Made by a program: the position numbers and the translations under genes
The notes under the pieces: generated by a model
Seen by the model: the letters and a program-made list of their open reading frames with translations, nothing else
Databases searched by the model: none
What the model was told of the DNA's origin: nothing
DNA from: Lytechinus pictus
Taxonomy: Eukaryota
Length of the DNA: 64,000 nt
Assembly: GCF_037042905.1 (NCBI RefSeq)
Contig: NC_087252.1
Coordinates: 17,424,001 to 17,488,000 of the forward strand
Reading direction: 5' to 3'
Shown: one piece after another, positions 49,901-64,000 of the stretch
Numbering within the stretch: position 1 is the stretch's first letter
How the letters are laid out: every line of letters starts with the position of its first letter

Positions 49901-52106
49901 GTTTAATTGGTAGCATCTAATCCAAGAGAGGGCGCAAGACACGTATAAAAATATATTCATCAGTTATCTTGCTAGCTGATATGAGTCTGATGCTGCGAGT
50001 GGCTCTGGTCTTCACTCACCATGAACGATCATAAACGATCTGTGAGTCTTCTCTACAGCCACCGTTAGTAGCTTTTCGCAGTAGACAGATCAGACAATCA
50101 CACACGTTTATTAGTATTACAGATTTTCTGTTGCCTATACATGACTAGATTATAAGCGTAGAAAACCTTCCATTTTTGTTACTACCAACAGCAGAACATC
50201 TCTCAGCAATGTAAACTGCATTCTTGGCATTTCCTTTCCAGTGATGAAGCATAGACAAATTAAGACCTGGCTTATCCACGTCCTCCAGGAGCGACCAAAG
50301 ACATTCCAACGTGTCACTACCGGTATGATTACTTTTAATAAAATTCAGTATTTGCAAAATGCTTCATTTTATTGCTATCGTTGAAATTTTGACTACTATT
50401 TGAAAGTTCAGGTTGTTTTGTGAGAATTATATTGTTTATGTTTCAGGTAGTCTATTAATTGAAAGTGAATGTAAAATCTGTTTGCTTTAATAACTTAGGT
50501 TTTCCATGATTAATATTTTACATTAGCGATGTCTAAATTACGTTTTGTTGGTTCACATTTGGATAGAATGTGAATCCTGTACATATATTTCCAGACATTT
50601 GGGCGATCCCACATGGAGGGATATCGATAGTAGCAGATAATATGTGGACAGTTGCATCACAAAATGTATTAAATCGCTAATAAATTGTAGTCGAAGTAAC
50701 TATGGCAGATGATTTGTTTGATCAATAATGAACAAGAAATCAACGTTTTAATGATATCATTTTATCAGCGATAAAACTCAAGAATGAACTTTATCCACAT
50801 ACTATAGATCTCATCGTCATCCACATCGCATGGTTCTTGAGGGAATGATCACTGACATTCTACCTGTATTCTTTCACTACTGGTATGATTACTTCTAAAT
50901 AGATATTGTATATTTCAAGCTCTATATTATATTGCTGTTAATATAATACCGTATGTCATTTCATGTATACTATCTCTTTTTTTCTTGATTTATTTAATGG
51001 TCTGTTATTTAACCCTTATCATTCTTTTTTTTTTTCCTAAAAAATTGTCACAATGCTATCGACCATAAAAATCTAGTTTAATTTTTTACTACATCTATGA
51101 AGACTGCCATGAACATATCGCGACAAACTCTCCGAGGTCATTAAATCATAATGACGTCATCCACGCGCCATTTGTATTTTTATTCATGAGATTGATCATT
51201 ACAAATTCACCAAATTCGGGAACGAAAAAAAAAAACTTTTTAAAATTTATTTCATGTTCTCCAAAATCTTATACGCACATTTTAGGTGATATGAAGATGA
51301 GAGAGCTGATGATGTAACACATTTGTTTAATATTGGTCTTTCGTTATATGGATTATAGAATACTTCATATTTTGGAAATCTTGCAATAAGGAAACTCTTC
51401 ATTGAATCACAATATGTTACCAAAAATGCATGTAATCAAGAAGGGCTTAAACATTTTTTTTTCATGCAATAATACAAAGTAAATAGATGGTGGGTGATGT
51501 CAAGTTAAGACCATCCATTTTGCTGGTCGGTAATGGTACATGCCAATCACTTATGTGAATTTAAGCAAAAAGTGAAAATGATTTTAAACTCTTATTCTAC
51601 TTTGAGTTTTGATGAAATTTCAGCGTTATGCTTGTTATATCTATCTTTATAGACCTCTTTGCTCGAGAATAGTTTTGAAAGACTAACGTTGAATGTTTGG
51701 TGGATGGGTTGTCTATAATGTCTCAAAGCGCCACACAAAAATATTCCAACTTAGCTAGTCAATTCTAGAACATTATGTTTGCATTTACCTCAGTCATATC
51801 CCAATACTTTTTCAATATTCAAGTCAAATCAAGCAGTTTTCTTCTTCTTCTTCCTTTTATGTCAGGGTGCATTGTGACAGATGGCGTCAATGGAGAGAGT
51901 TAGATAAATCACGTTGGGCATGTAAGGATCTTTGCTGTGATTCAGAGCTGCCATTGTGGGTAAAATACATTTGTGGTTTATATACATTTTGCAGTATTAT
52001 TTATTACACGGTTGACCTGCAAACTGGAGTTGAAAATATCTAAAAATTCTACAGATTTTGTAAATAATTGTAGGTTTCTCTTATATACATTGTAGTAGCA
52101 CAGATC

Positions 52107-53978
52107 ATGGCGACACTTGAGCATACTGTTTTGCAAAGTTTAAAGTGTCCCGTTTGTTTTGGTTTGCTGAACGATCCAAAACAACTTTCATGTTCACACA
52201 CATTTTGTCAAAAATGTATTCAAGGTATTCTAGCATTCTCTGTACAGAGGAATACTTTATTATGTCCAATATGTAGAAACAGAACAAATGTCACAGATGG
52301 TGATGTTGCAAATCTTAAAACTAATATACCTGTTAAGTCACTTGTTGATGACGTCAGGAATAGTAAACAGCTCTGTGACGTGTGTGAAGAGCAATCAAGA
52401 GCCACACAATTCTGTTGCGAATGTGGTAAGAATATGTGTAACGCATGTCTGCAAGATCATAACAACTGGAAACCACATCTTAAACATGAAGTAGTGAGCG
52501 TTGAAGACATCAGAGAGGGTAGGGTAGTATTAAAGAAAAAGGTTTACTGTCAAGAAGAAGTACACCAATCAGAAGAGTACGAATGCTCTGATGTATGCAC
52601 GACATGTAAGAAGCTTATTTGTATGAGATGTCGCATGCTCTACCACGAGAAAACAGGCCACGATGTGCAAGACTTAAGAGAGTACAATTCGTCTTTCACA
52701 GAGAGTTCTGAATTACTTCAGGGTCAAGGAAAGACAAAAGCTACAACAGTCAAGAATCATATGAAGTGTATTGATAATCAAATTAAACGTGTCGATGATC
52801 ACATTGATGCGGAAAATGCGAAGCTTGACAAGATTTGTGAAGAAGCTATCAAGAAAATAAAAGAGAGGAATGCTACCTTGAAAAAGCAACTAGAAGATCA
52901 GAGAGAAAAATTATGCAAGAGTTTAAATGATATGAACATTGATGATAAGAGGTTGGTTAAGAGTATTGAGAGTGCGAGTGAATTGCTGAGTAATACTTTG
53001 AAAGCCCCACTAGAAGGAGATGTTGTAGCAATACGCGATTCATTGTCTGGTGAATTGAAGAATGTATTAGATAGAGATGATCCAAAGGTAAAGGTTGCTA
53101 TTGATGTAGGTGATCATGCAGAGGAACTGACGTTTACACCAAGCTGCGATCCTGATACATTATCAATGGGGGAACTGAGGTTTGTGAAATGTAAGCCGAA
53201 ATGCAATGTACTACTCTCAGAGAAAGGACATATGAATGGCATAGCTGCTACAAATAATGGTATGATGGCTGCTGGTTATAGTACAGGAGGGATCGATATA
53301 TTATCTGCTGATGGTCAGCTGCAGAAGACGGTCATCAAGGATGCCAAATTACTTGATGTAGGACTCCTCTCTGATGGACGTTATGTTGTACTTGATACAT
53401 GCAATAAGATATCACTGTACACATCAGATGACGAGAAGCAGGATGTGACATTCGATACTATAGGCTACAGTAAAGGTGGGTTTGGTGGTCTCACTGTAGA
53501 CAGCAATGATGTGATCTATGTTAGCTACAGGAAAGCTAAGAAGATCCATGTATTCTCACCATCAGGTGGCAAGGCTATGAGGGTGATACCATGCGATGGG
53601 TATGAACCAAAGCAAATCACAAGTTATGGTGATTCATTGATCGTTAAGCAGGATGACAGTCAGATAGCACGTATTAATAAAGAGGGTGTTATAATGTATC
53701 CAATATTACGTAAACCTCTAGAAATTCGTCTCTTTGCCGCTGTGAGTAAGGACAATACAATCCTGATTGCCTCTGTAAGATACGAGGAAGGTCTACTCAG
53801 TATCGATGAGTACACCGGCGAACTGAAACAAATCAAGACTCTTATATATGATTACAAGATTGAGAAACCTAACAGGCATTGGTATTACCTAAGACAGTTT
53901 CAATCAAGGGAGATAGCTTTCTGTACACCGGGTAGGCTCTATGTATTCAAGCTAGTTACTAGTGAAGTTACCTCGTAA
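52107..53978 (+). CDS. Tripartite-motif E3 ubiquitin ligase, copy B, 623 aa, intronless CDS
   Basis: Colinear paralogue of 30151-32025 with RING and B-box ligands retained; one-codon indel after B-box2. Confidence 0.94.
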   Translation: MATLEHTVLQSLKCPVCFGLLNDPKQLSCSHTFCQKCIQGILAFSVQRNTLLCPICRNRTNVTDGDVANLKTNIPVKSLVDDVRNSKQLCDVCEEQSRATQFCCECGKNMCNACLQDHNNWKPHLKHEVVSVEDIREGRVVLKKKVYCQEEVHQSEEYECSDVCTTCKKLICMRCRMLYHEKTGHDVQDLREYNSSFTESSELLQGQGKTKATTVKNHMKCIDNQIKRVDDHIDAENAKLDKICEEAIKKIKERNATLKKQLEDQREKLCKSLNDMNIDDKRLVKSIESASELLSNTLKAPLEGDVVAIRDSLSGELKNVLDRDDPKVKVAIDVGDHAEELTFTPSCDPDTLSMGELRFVKCKPKCNVLLSEKGHMNGIAATNNGMMAAGYSTGGIDILSADGQLQKTVIKDAKLLDVGLLSDGRYVVLDTCNKISLYTSDDEKQDVTFDTIGYSKGGFGGLTVDSNDVIYVSYRKAKKIHVFSPSGGKAMRVIPCDGYEPKQITSYGDSLIVKQDDSQIARINKEGVIMYPILRKPLEIRLFAAVSKDNTILIASVRYEEGLLSIDEYTGELKQIKTLIYDYKIEKPNRHWYYLRQFQSREIAFCTPGRLYVFKLVTSEVTS

Positions 53979-56900
53979 GAATATTATGTTTCGACCTTTA
54001 AGAGCTAAATAATTTCCCACTTTGCAAATTCTTAAATTCACCAGTTTCATTGTTAATCTTGGTATTCATGTTTCATTAATGTCAAGAATCAAGAACATAA
54101 TTCATTCCATTCGATAAAAAATAATGTAAACAATAGAATAGTAAAAGGCAAAAGTACATATACAATTGTTATTACATACAGAGGAGAGTAATTGAATGAA
54201 ATATGAGACTCTGTAAAGGTTGAAAAAGAATTGAACTTCAGTTGAAGAAGAATCAAGGTACTGTTAGATTATTCGTGTTTCTGATTTCGAAAAGAAAAAG
54301 GGAAACGAGAAGGCGCGCTCAATTTTCTGTTTCGTGAAGGCGAAACAGGAAAAAGGAAAAAGAGATTTCAATTCAATTTTCTTTTCGTGAACGCAAAACA
54401 AAAAGAAGAAACGAAACTTTCAATTCAATTTTGTGTTTTCAAAAGGAAAAAATAAAAATTATAATATGTAAAAAAAAAAGTCAAACGGAAGAATGAACCG
54501 TTTTTCTGTTTTCTCGTTTTTACATCTTTCATTCTTGAATCAAAATTTTGAAAAATGACCGTTTTCTGTTTTAAATCTCGAAAATAGAATCAATTTTGAA
54601 TAACTATTTCGTTTTTGCTTTTTCCGTTTCGAAACCAGAAAAAAACAATATGTCTAACGGTACCTTGATTAGGAAGCTCTGTCCAAAGCTGCACCCCATC
54701 TGTATCTCGTTTAACATAGTTTCATGCATGTGTACGTAGATTTCAGTACTTCTATCTTTACCATTCTTAAAAGAATACAGTTTGAGGGTTTTGAGGGTTT
54801 GAGGGCTTTCCTTGAAACTCCATTTAAGTAGAAATTAATTTACCAAAGTGACTGTTTGATGTTGCCTTTTCTTTCCATTAAAATATCATTTTGCATACCC
54901 TTATTTAGAAAAAAAAAATGTTCATGTATAAATACATATGACACCAAGCAAAATTGATAGGTGAAATAAAGCAGATTACATTGACTATTCAGAAATGATT
55001 AAAACCTATATTTCATATCCAATGTTTACTTTCTAAATGAAGAATATTCTATGACATAAACGACTGATGTTGACAACGTGACCAGTAATAAGTCTGGTGC
55101 CCTATAGTTGGCCTATGGAAAAAAAATTAGTGAGAATGGGGATTAATAAAAACAAGTCCCAATAGATATATGTAATTGTAAGTGTATGTGTGTCCGTATC
55201 TTGGGGATAGGCCGGGCAACTTCAGGGAATAGAAATGAGGAAAAAAGTAACATTTACAAATAAAAAAAATAAAAAGCAATGATTAATCACATTTACAGTT
55301 TAATCTTATTGAAAACAAACAATCAACCAATATCAGATCAATACGGCAAAAACTTCAGATGTTGGAAAATCCTGGCGAAAGTTTGCCCCTTACCTGGCTT
55401 TTCATAGACCCAATATTGACAGAAGTGAGTTGATAGACATGATGCATGTGACGTGATAACGGAGGATTCCAAGCTGGAGAGTAACATGTATTTTTATTCA
55501 TTCTTTATCATTATGATTTGATTTGTATGATAATACTGATGAGATTATTATGAATTTTTTATATAAGAAATGCATGCATATGATGCAGATTTACATCAAC
55601 CGAATAGAAAGATGGTGCATATTACTTTTGTTAGTGTTATATACTGTACTTGGATGCTATGGTATGTTCACGATTTCGATGCATTTATCAGTTTGTTCAT
55701 GATGATTTCCATTACATATCCCTTTTTTGTTTTCGATATTATCACTAACATAAATATGAATTAATGAGCGATGACAACAAACATATATGTCGAATTCGAT
55801 GTCAATACAAATGGAAATCATAAGAACCACAATTCAATTCATGGCATCGCAAATTGGGAATAACCTTCATCAAAATGTAAAACCGAAATGTACAGTCATT
55901 TTGTTCACAGCTAACAAAAGAAAGGAGAAATATAGGCCTATAAATGTATATACATATTTCGTTTATTTTTTCATAACGTTTATTGCACTTATGAATTGTA
56001 TTTAGTTGTAAATTCGTTTTATTTCAGATTGCTCAATCGAAGGGGAAAAATGTTCATCGTATTAAAATTATACTGGGTTTTTTTTTTCTTGAAGTGCATT
56101 GTTTTATATTTGATCACATGTAAAGTATTAAGTGTGTTCATATTGTAAATAAGCTGAACAAAAGTTATACATACCACTAAACCCTTTCTATTTCCGCAGT
56201 CATTTCACCAAACAAATAAAAAACAAAAAAAAATTTTTATTTGCATTGTATATTATTTGGTCTCATTCTTTCATTCAATCATAAAACTAGTTATTCGAAT
56301 TCATTGAGACCAATCAAACGTTTCAAACAGACTTGTAGATGGAAATTGAAACAGTGCCCTTCCATCTTTGTGTTCAAACACATGCTAAAGTCCCATTTTA
56401 TACATTATTTATTTATTTATATATATATTACAAGTGGTGTCCATTTCGTGCAGTTTTGTATAAAATTTTAACCAACTGTTGTATTAGTTTTTTTGTCATT
56501 TTATATAGCATTTATAAAAAGTAAGTATTATTATTAACAGGAGACCGACGAAAGAAAAGCTTGTTAAAGCGCTACCAATGAAATTAGACAATTTTAAAAG
56601 CAGTTGATTTCAATACAAACGATTAAAAAAGGGAAATAATTGTGAGAGCTAAACGTAGAACAAACATGGAAATGGTAAAAATAAATGGATTGAAAGGAGA
56701 TGCATGGTCATAAAAAAATATTATAGATAATAAAACATGTATCAGGAAGGTAATGGGGCTTTCAAAGCAATGAATAAAAGAAACGAAAATGAACAGAAAG
56801 AAAGAAGGACAAAAGTGGGATGAAATAAAGGGGGAAAGAAAATAAGTTATAAGATTGTTGCCAAAAGTGCTCAGTATGGCCTTGAAAGAGATCTTTCTTG

Positions 56901-57444
56901 GCTGGACAAATACAGATTTTGAAGAAAAAAAAATCAGGAATAATTCACGAGTTATTCCTCAATAATAATCTTTATCACGCTATATCACAATACTTTGTTT
57001 CTAGTTTAGGTACTATTATTCTTTCTTGTCGTGCAATCGTTTAACTCTTATCCAAACATATTGACATTTTATTTTTAAGAGTGATTATTTATGTATTATA
57101 ATTTTAAAGAGTGATATTGGAGGTCATTGTCACCTCATTTTATCCTGAATTAGTTTCTTAACAAGTCTTTATGGATTATCATATTCTTTTCATGCATATT
57201 CATGATTGTGGTTGCGTCAGTATCGATTGAATATGACATACCAATTTCCCTACTTACGCTCAATATTTACAGCCTGAGCCTTTAGTACGGCTATTTGTAT
57301 GTATTATTTTGCTTTTTAACCTAGGCGTTGTGTTGGAACTGAATGCATGCCACTCAAAGATGTATTTTTTGTCTTTGTTTTCTCTCCACCTGAATCCAAC
57401 AAGCCTAATATACAATCGGTATATATGTATATATTGTGTATGTG

Positions 57445-57476
<32 letters not shown>

Positions 57477-57523
57477 TATATATATGTATACATATATAGA
57501 TATATATATATATATATATACAA

Positions 57524-57566
<43 letters not shown>

Positions 57567-57650
57567 ATATACACATTTTGAACATTACCAATAAAGGATA
57601 TGAATTATTTTGTCAGTGTATAAAATATTATTACATAATTTTGCTGTTAA

Positions 57651-60320
57651 AGTTGAATTAAGAAGACGATTCCAAATATTGAGATATTTACATTAATAGC
57701 AACCTTACAAGCCCCCAAACACTAATAGGTGATTCGACCCCCCATTTTCTTTTTTCAAAATAGTGAATTTGAACGATTTATCCCTACCCATTTTCCCTGA
57801 GTTCGCTCCTGCAATGCCTACCGAGACGGGTGTTCTTTGAGTGTGACGTCACCGGGGGGTATTCGGTCCCGGTGTAGTAATCAAGGCAGTGCCGTTTTGT
57901 GTACTATGCACGTACTCCTTCATATGGAATAACTGCAGTTGAAGTTGTATCTGCGAGCCATAGAACTTGCAGAGAGGAAATGATTAAAATATTTGTGGCC
58001 GTACTATTATTCCAAATATGTGAATTCCCTCAGAATGATACCATAGACCCTAAAGGAATAATTTCAAGGTGAATAATATGAAATTTGATCGAGATCTTCT
58101 CACCAGTCGATACCGTAGCAGACGTGTTATTCCGGACCTTTCGTTTGAGGACGCGCACGCTTATTTACGACGTTAGTTGATTTTGGAAGAGACTTTTTGG
58201 GCCCGTCATCATGGTCGTCCTGCAATGCAAATTGTGTGACATGAGATTTTTTTTTCGTTTCGCATCTGCGACGGAAACATTCAATATGCGTTTCGTGTGC
58301 AAAATTTTTGTTGCTACTATGGTAACAACGATATATCTCATTGAGGACGACTTTCCAAAGCCACATTTGACTCCTCCTAGAGCTCGAGAGGCCGCCCGGG
58401 GGGCCCACTTCCATTGATTAGTGGATCCCAGGAGCGACCACGCGTAAAAGGGGACAGAGTGGGCAGGTACGTTACGTATAGGCCTATGTAACGTTATAAG
58501 GGTGTCAAAACGATGTTTAAAATGCTGACAAAAAAGGGATATCCAATACTTGTAGGGTTTCACAAGCCAAATTCTTGTTAAGAGATGCATTTTCATAATC
58601 TGGAAAAGAATTACTTCCCAGCTTGTTTAGGGTATTTTTCGAAACCCCATGGTCGTGCCTGGTATCCACTCATTAATGGAAGTGGTCCCCCCGGAATTTG
58701 AATCTAATCCCCATTTCTGGGGGAAGTAAAACATAATGCCCATTACATCGTGTGCGAGAGGCATATCGTTTGTGTAGAAGGAATAAACAAAAGAAACAAA
58801 AGAAACAAAAAGAAACGAGTTCAAATGTATTACATAATGGTGTGCACATATCAACTCACGCGAAATGTTCGGCTGGAGAGGTTGATCTGACCCATGAAAT
58901 CAATTGCCAGTGATACACCAATAATCCACATTAAATGTAATATCGATTCGATGGACTGTAATGATCTATATCTAAGCCTTCATTCAGTAAGTTTTTCCTC
59001 ACTCAATATGTACTCGATTTGTTTGAAAAACCACTTTCTTATCCATGTCATAATCTATTTTAGGTCTTCATTTCGAATATCTCAAACCATCAGTCGTAAT
59101 ATACATGCTATGTATGGTGCGAGTGTCGCAGAAAAGGATTTTGCACACGAAAAGCAGATCTGTAGGGCCTGTAACCCCCCTGTAACACAAAGTTTAGCAT
59201 TGATTGTAGAGCAGTTTTCTACGTTTGATTCTATTGACTATAATGCACATTCAATCTTAAAAATCAAGTGTATGATTAAGCGTTAACTTTTGTGTTAGGG
59301 GACCCTAATATTAGCGTCCGTGAGGATTGCGAAAGGTCCCAATTATGACATATTTATCCGCGTGTGACGCGGCTCTTGCAAAAAAACACAGTTGGTTGCG
59401 GAATTGCTTTGTGCCGACCGGCCGCCCGCTCCGGCGCAGCTAGCTGTCGAGCTACCGTACCGTTCTTGTTGTCTTCAACCATAGAGATGTATACTAATTA
59501 CTATATATCTTTCTGTCTTCAACTCACTTCCGAATTGCGTTTGTATGTGTGACGGTGACCCCTAGCGTAATTAAATATAGAAAACAACTCAGAAGGCCGA
59601 GAAAGAATACTATACGTTTGGTTCAAGATTGTTCTGTGGAATGAGCTATGAGTGGAAATGATCCAGAGGATATAAAAGTGGAGTCAAAGACAAAAGAAAA
59701 GAAGAAAAAACGCCAGGGGATCGCTGCACGGCCGGCCATGAACTAAGTCGACATACCAGACCATAACAGTACACTCAATGCCTGGGTGTTGTGTGTACTA
59801 GTATTATGCGTTCAGCGCGCGCTGAGCTAGCCGCCGGAATTACTTTCCAGCTACTCACTTGATTGAACATCGTGATAAAATAAATGAGAAATAGTGAAAA
59901 TATCATTCAATAACTCACTGTTTGCTATCTTACATCATGATTGAAGAGTTCATGGTGGTTATTCATACTGTTTTTTATACAGGGAAAGTAAAGATTTGTA
60001 CATATCAGTCCTATTTGTTTGATTTGAGTTGCTTTGAAAAAAAATTGTAAAATATCTTTCTCTCTCTGCATAGCATTTCTGTATGACATTCAGGCACCTC
60101 TTATACTAAATTCCCCCCGGTGACGTCACACTCCGAGTGACTTTTCTGTACACTCGTCTCTCGGGCTCTGACAGGTGGCTAATTTCATAGACTTTCAAAG
60201 CAAAATATCGAGAAGGCAGAGGATTATTGTGACATGCTATGTGTTTGAACAACTTATATATACTATATATTGTATGTAGAACCTATATTTATGGAAACTC
60301 ACCCCCTTCTTAATTCAACT
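57651..60320. mobile_element. 2670-bp Kolobok-like non-autonomous DNA transposon, present only in duplication copy B
   Basis: 15-bp perfect TIR AGTTGAATTAAGAAG / CTTCTTAATTCAACT; TTAA at 57647-57650 and 60321-60324; inner inverted repeat GTGTGACGTCACCGGGGGG at 57841 and ~60113-60131; empty site at ~35625-35640 in copy A. Confidence 0.93.
59165..59305. mobile_element. Small MITE nested in the Kolobok-like element
   Basis: TAACACAAAGTTTAGC pairs imperfectly with CGTTAACTTTTGTGTTA; GGG..CCC ends. Confidence 0.6.
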
Positions 60321-63300
60321 TTAAAGTGAAATGTGTCTAAATTCGAAGGAATAGAATGATTTTTTATGAGCTGTAAAAAAAAAATCATTATGTTGGAATT
60401 TGAGGTAACTCAAGGCGGCAAACGTTGCATTGGAGGAATTCATTATTTACTCGAAATATATTGCTAAGGACGATGGGTAATTATTGATTGTTAAAGTGAT
60501 ACATAAAGGATTCAACTAACGAATGTGTGCATTTTAAAAATGTTATAAAAGATTGATCCGTGTCGTTTTTTAAATGAATCATAATACATATAGCCTCTGT
60601 TTTAAGAAGAGCAGCTATCTGATATGCCGCGCTCTTTTCCAACGCTAGAATAAGGTTAATTCAAACAGGCTAGAAATAATACAGAGTATATCTCATTATT
60701 TGAGTGTATATAGATAGGAAATGTACCTTAAATGTATTACCAAAATCAGATATCAATGACGCCTTGTTTATATATAAACTTGTAAAAAGTAATAATCTAG
60801 CTACCTGGTGTAACTCTGTGTAACCTATCCAAATTCGACGAGGTATAAGGTAACTGAAAAAGAAAGGTGATGTGTGAAAGAAGATTACTTTCATCTTCAT
60901 GCATTTTAAATGATGATAAATTCGATTATCTATGCAAGTCGCTGATATACAGAATACAAAACAGAGGGGAAAGAATGGAGCCCTGGGGGTCCACAGTTTG
61001 TATTTCCCAGTACTTGCACGTGATTTGTTTACTTGCATACTTAGGTTTCTATTCCACTTTTTTCTTAGATAATAAATCGTTTGTTCCTTCTGAGAAACTT
61101 CGCATTCGCATTCATTTACAAAGTGTAGCTGGAACGAAAGATGAGGATTGATTATCTATTTTGTCGTAGTGATGTTATGTCAAGATGCTGAACGTGCGTG
61201 ATGTTCAGAGCTATGTATAATTATGTATGTCATGTATGTGGATGGTGGACATGAAAATGGTTCTGATAATTGTGATATTAGAGACGGTGTTTATAATGGG
61301 GACCATGCTGAGGGACTCGATGGCAAGAGTTGAACACTGCTAAAACGCTGGTGTTATTGTAACACCTTCCTGGTATCTATGTCGGTCCACACCAGAGAGG
61401 TGTTGAAACAACACCGTTTTGGCGTTAGGCTAATACCAATTTAGCATTTAAGCAACACCAATTAGTGTTTGATTCTGAACTGGTGTACGTTGCTTCAACG
61501 CTTCTCTGCTGTGGTCCGATATAGATACCGGGCTGGTGTTTAATCAACATAGGTGTTTTTGCAGTGTAGTAATGGTGGTAATGATAATAAGTATAAAGAT
61601 AATAGTGGTAGTGTCGATAGTCGTGGTGATGATGATAACAATGGTGGTGATTGGGGTGATAGTGAGGATGATGGTAATGGTGATAATGTAGATGATAATG
61701 AAATGGTTCTGATGTTGATGATGGTAATGATGGTGATGGAGGTGATTGAAAAGATGGTGGTGATGTTGCTGATGGTAATGATGATGATGAAGATGACAGT
61801 GACGATGGTGGTGATGATGGAGATGATAATTCAACTCGTGGTGATATTGATGATGGTATCATTGCGATGGAATTGATCGAGGATATGGTGATAATGTTAC
61901 TTATAGTATCGTTGCGATGGTGGTGGCAGTGGTAGATGAAGAAGATGATAGGTGATGGTTTTCACGTTTATGGCAGTAACTGTGATATTGAAAATATTAC
62001 TTGTAATTTTTCTTGTTCTGTGGGGTGGGGGGAGCTGATATAGTGCGAGCCGATGTTGTGTAGTGTATAGGCCTGGCATAATGTTTCCGCAAGGAATGAG
62101 GAGCGGGATGAGGGGGGGGGGGGGGGGTAGGGGACAGAGATGGGATGTCAATTTTATTCAGCTATACAAGGAGCTGGAACTTCTTTTTTTCACGTTTTGG
62201 CAGGATGCCAGGTCAGGTGGCCTACTGTTATGTTAAAAGCGTTGTGAACATTAAACATAACTTCCGTTCTGGTAAGCGAAAGCAGGAAGGAAGCCAACCA
62301 AAATAGTTTCCTCTCAATGACAGTTACAAATCATGGATTTTTTAAAACGTTCTGAGTAGTTAAATTTTTGCATAAAACAATGTTGAACGGTTATCCAGGC
62401 CGAGAGTAATATAATTTAAATAGGCAGATTAATGCAAACAAAATACAACAACTCTAACAAGTATGAGAATTAGACGACGAATGACAAAGATAATTATGAC
62501 ATTAGCAATATTACATTGTTCTGGTGAAACAGTTCTGCTCATGTCTTAATGAATATGCAATTAGCTACCAAATGATGTTCTGTCCCGACTTGTTCGTTTA
62601 TAATTTATTGAGTGAAATTACGATTATTCACATGGTCTCGTTCAATAATATAAAAATGAGATAGACTCATTAATGTTAACGTCATCATTTGCCAGACTTT
62701 CTTCCAAAAGATAATTATTTCAGAGAATTGTATGTAAAATTAAATAATTTGCGATTTAAAATGATTATCTAAATGGTAAATACTGTTGCATATCTAGGAA
62801 ATCACGCATAAATTTGTTTTTACGGAAATTTCAGAAGTGTACAATAAAGTTATGTAGGATTGTTTACTTTTACCGGATTTTAATGAAATTTTAAGTGTTT
62901 TACTTGTCTAATCCTTCTCCGTTAATATTAAGGGCATTTGTCATTTTCAGCCTTTCATACCCCTTCAAATTTGGAACCGATCCGATTACGAATTGGCGGG
63001 AGGAGATAGTTCACATTCTTAATGATTTTTTCTTGAGATTGATACGAAAGTATATACAAACACCCTACCCCTTCCTCACCTACCGCCAATTTCGAAGGAA
63101 GGTAAAGAATACGAAGTTTAAAATGACGATTTCTTTTTGAGGTATTTAAATTATCATTTCAAGTGATACTTCAATATCATCTGATTATCATTTGTGACAA
63201 TTTATATTTCACTCTCGCTCCTAACAAATTATCATATCAGCTTTCATGAAATACAGTGAAAACGCTAATATAATATTCGTATATCCTCAGCATGACACTG

Positions 63301-64000
63301 CACATGTATTGTTATTTTCTGAAATACCGGACAGATATTAATACATTACAAAACTTGTTGGGAGCAGGACAACAAAATGCTTTGAAATCAATATCGGCAT
63401 TGCACATGCATCATTCAACAGCGAGGCAGATTTCTGAATGATTTAAAATCAAAGAAGCATGTTGTGCTGGCGTGTCTATGCCATGCGTTTCACATTTTAT
63501 AATTTCAAATCCTCCAATCTCACTGTCGAAAATTTAAAGAAGTTCTCTGCTAATCACATCACTCTTTCTAGTTTCTTCGCCGAAAACTAACCACTAAAAA
63601 AAGGTTTTGTTATGGATCAAATCAAGGAACTTTGCAAAAAAAAATTCCAACGAAAATGTACCTTTTAGAACTATAAGCAAGGAGTTACCAGTAACTCCTT
63701 GGTCTAAGCAGTGACAAGCATTGCAGGTATATTTTTGACACCGAGTCGAGATATTCACCTCATTATTTGCATGTTTGTAATTACTGATGATGTCGAGAAC
63801 AAGGACCAAAGCTGACAGGATAGACTTTTCATCGTACATACAAGAACACTTAGAAGCTTTCGCAACTGGAATGGGGACGGATTTAAGAACACTGTGAAGT
63901 CTATAAAAATTTCCATCAAATGGTTGGAAGGTCTTTGTACAGCTGACTGTTGTTGATTTCCACCACCCATCAGAGGAAGAAGAAGAAGAAGCAAAAGAAG

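Larger units (their letters stand above)
52107..64000 (+). repeat. Segmental duplication, copy B
   Basis: Long near-identical runs with copy A, including shared MITEs and microsatellites. Confidence 0.95.

Overview
AT-rich, intron-rich animal genomic DNA. The repeat families and TRIM type suggest an echinoderm such as a sea urchin; that is inference only. The left third holds a complete 11-exon GPN-loop GTPase 1 gene (GPN1) on the minus strand, ATG 22827 to TGA 1588, 399 aa. All ten introns are GT-AG and phase-consistent. Its introns are packed with MITEs, SINE/LINE remnants, a Helentron-associated element, a Gypsy gag fragment and nested foldback elements. The right two thirds hold two plus-strand RING-Bbox-Bbox-coiled-coil-beta-propeller TRIM E3 ligase paralogues with intronless CDSs (30151-32025 and 52107-53978), inside a direct duplication of at least 9 kb. 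The non-coding 3' flanks of the two copies are nearly identical, while the coding regions are more divergent and mosaic. Between the paralogues lie a decayed CR1/L2-group LINE, a decayed Crypton-type tyrosine recombinase the ORF track misses, a satellite and more MITEs. A 2.67-kb TTAA-flanked Kolobok-like element is inserted in the second copy only. No rRNA, true tRNA or CRISPR array was found. Identity levels were judged by eye, not computed.
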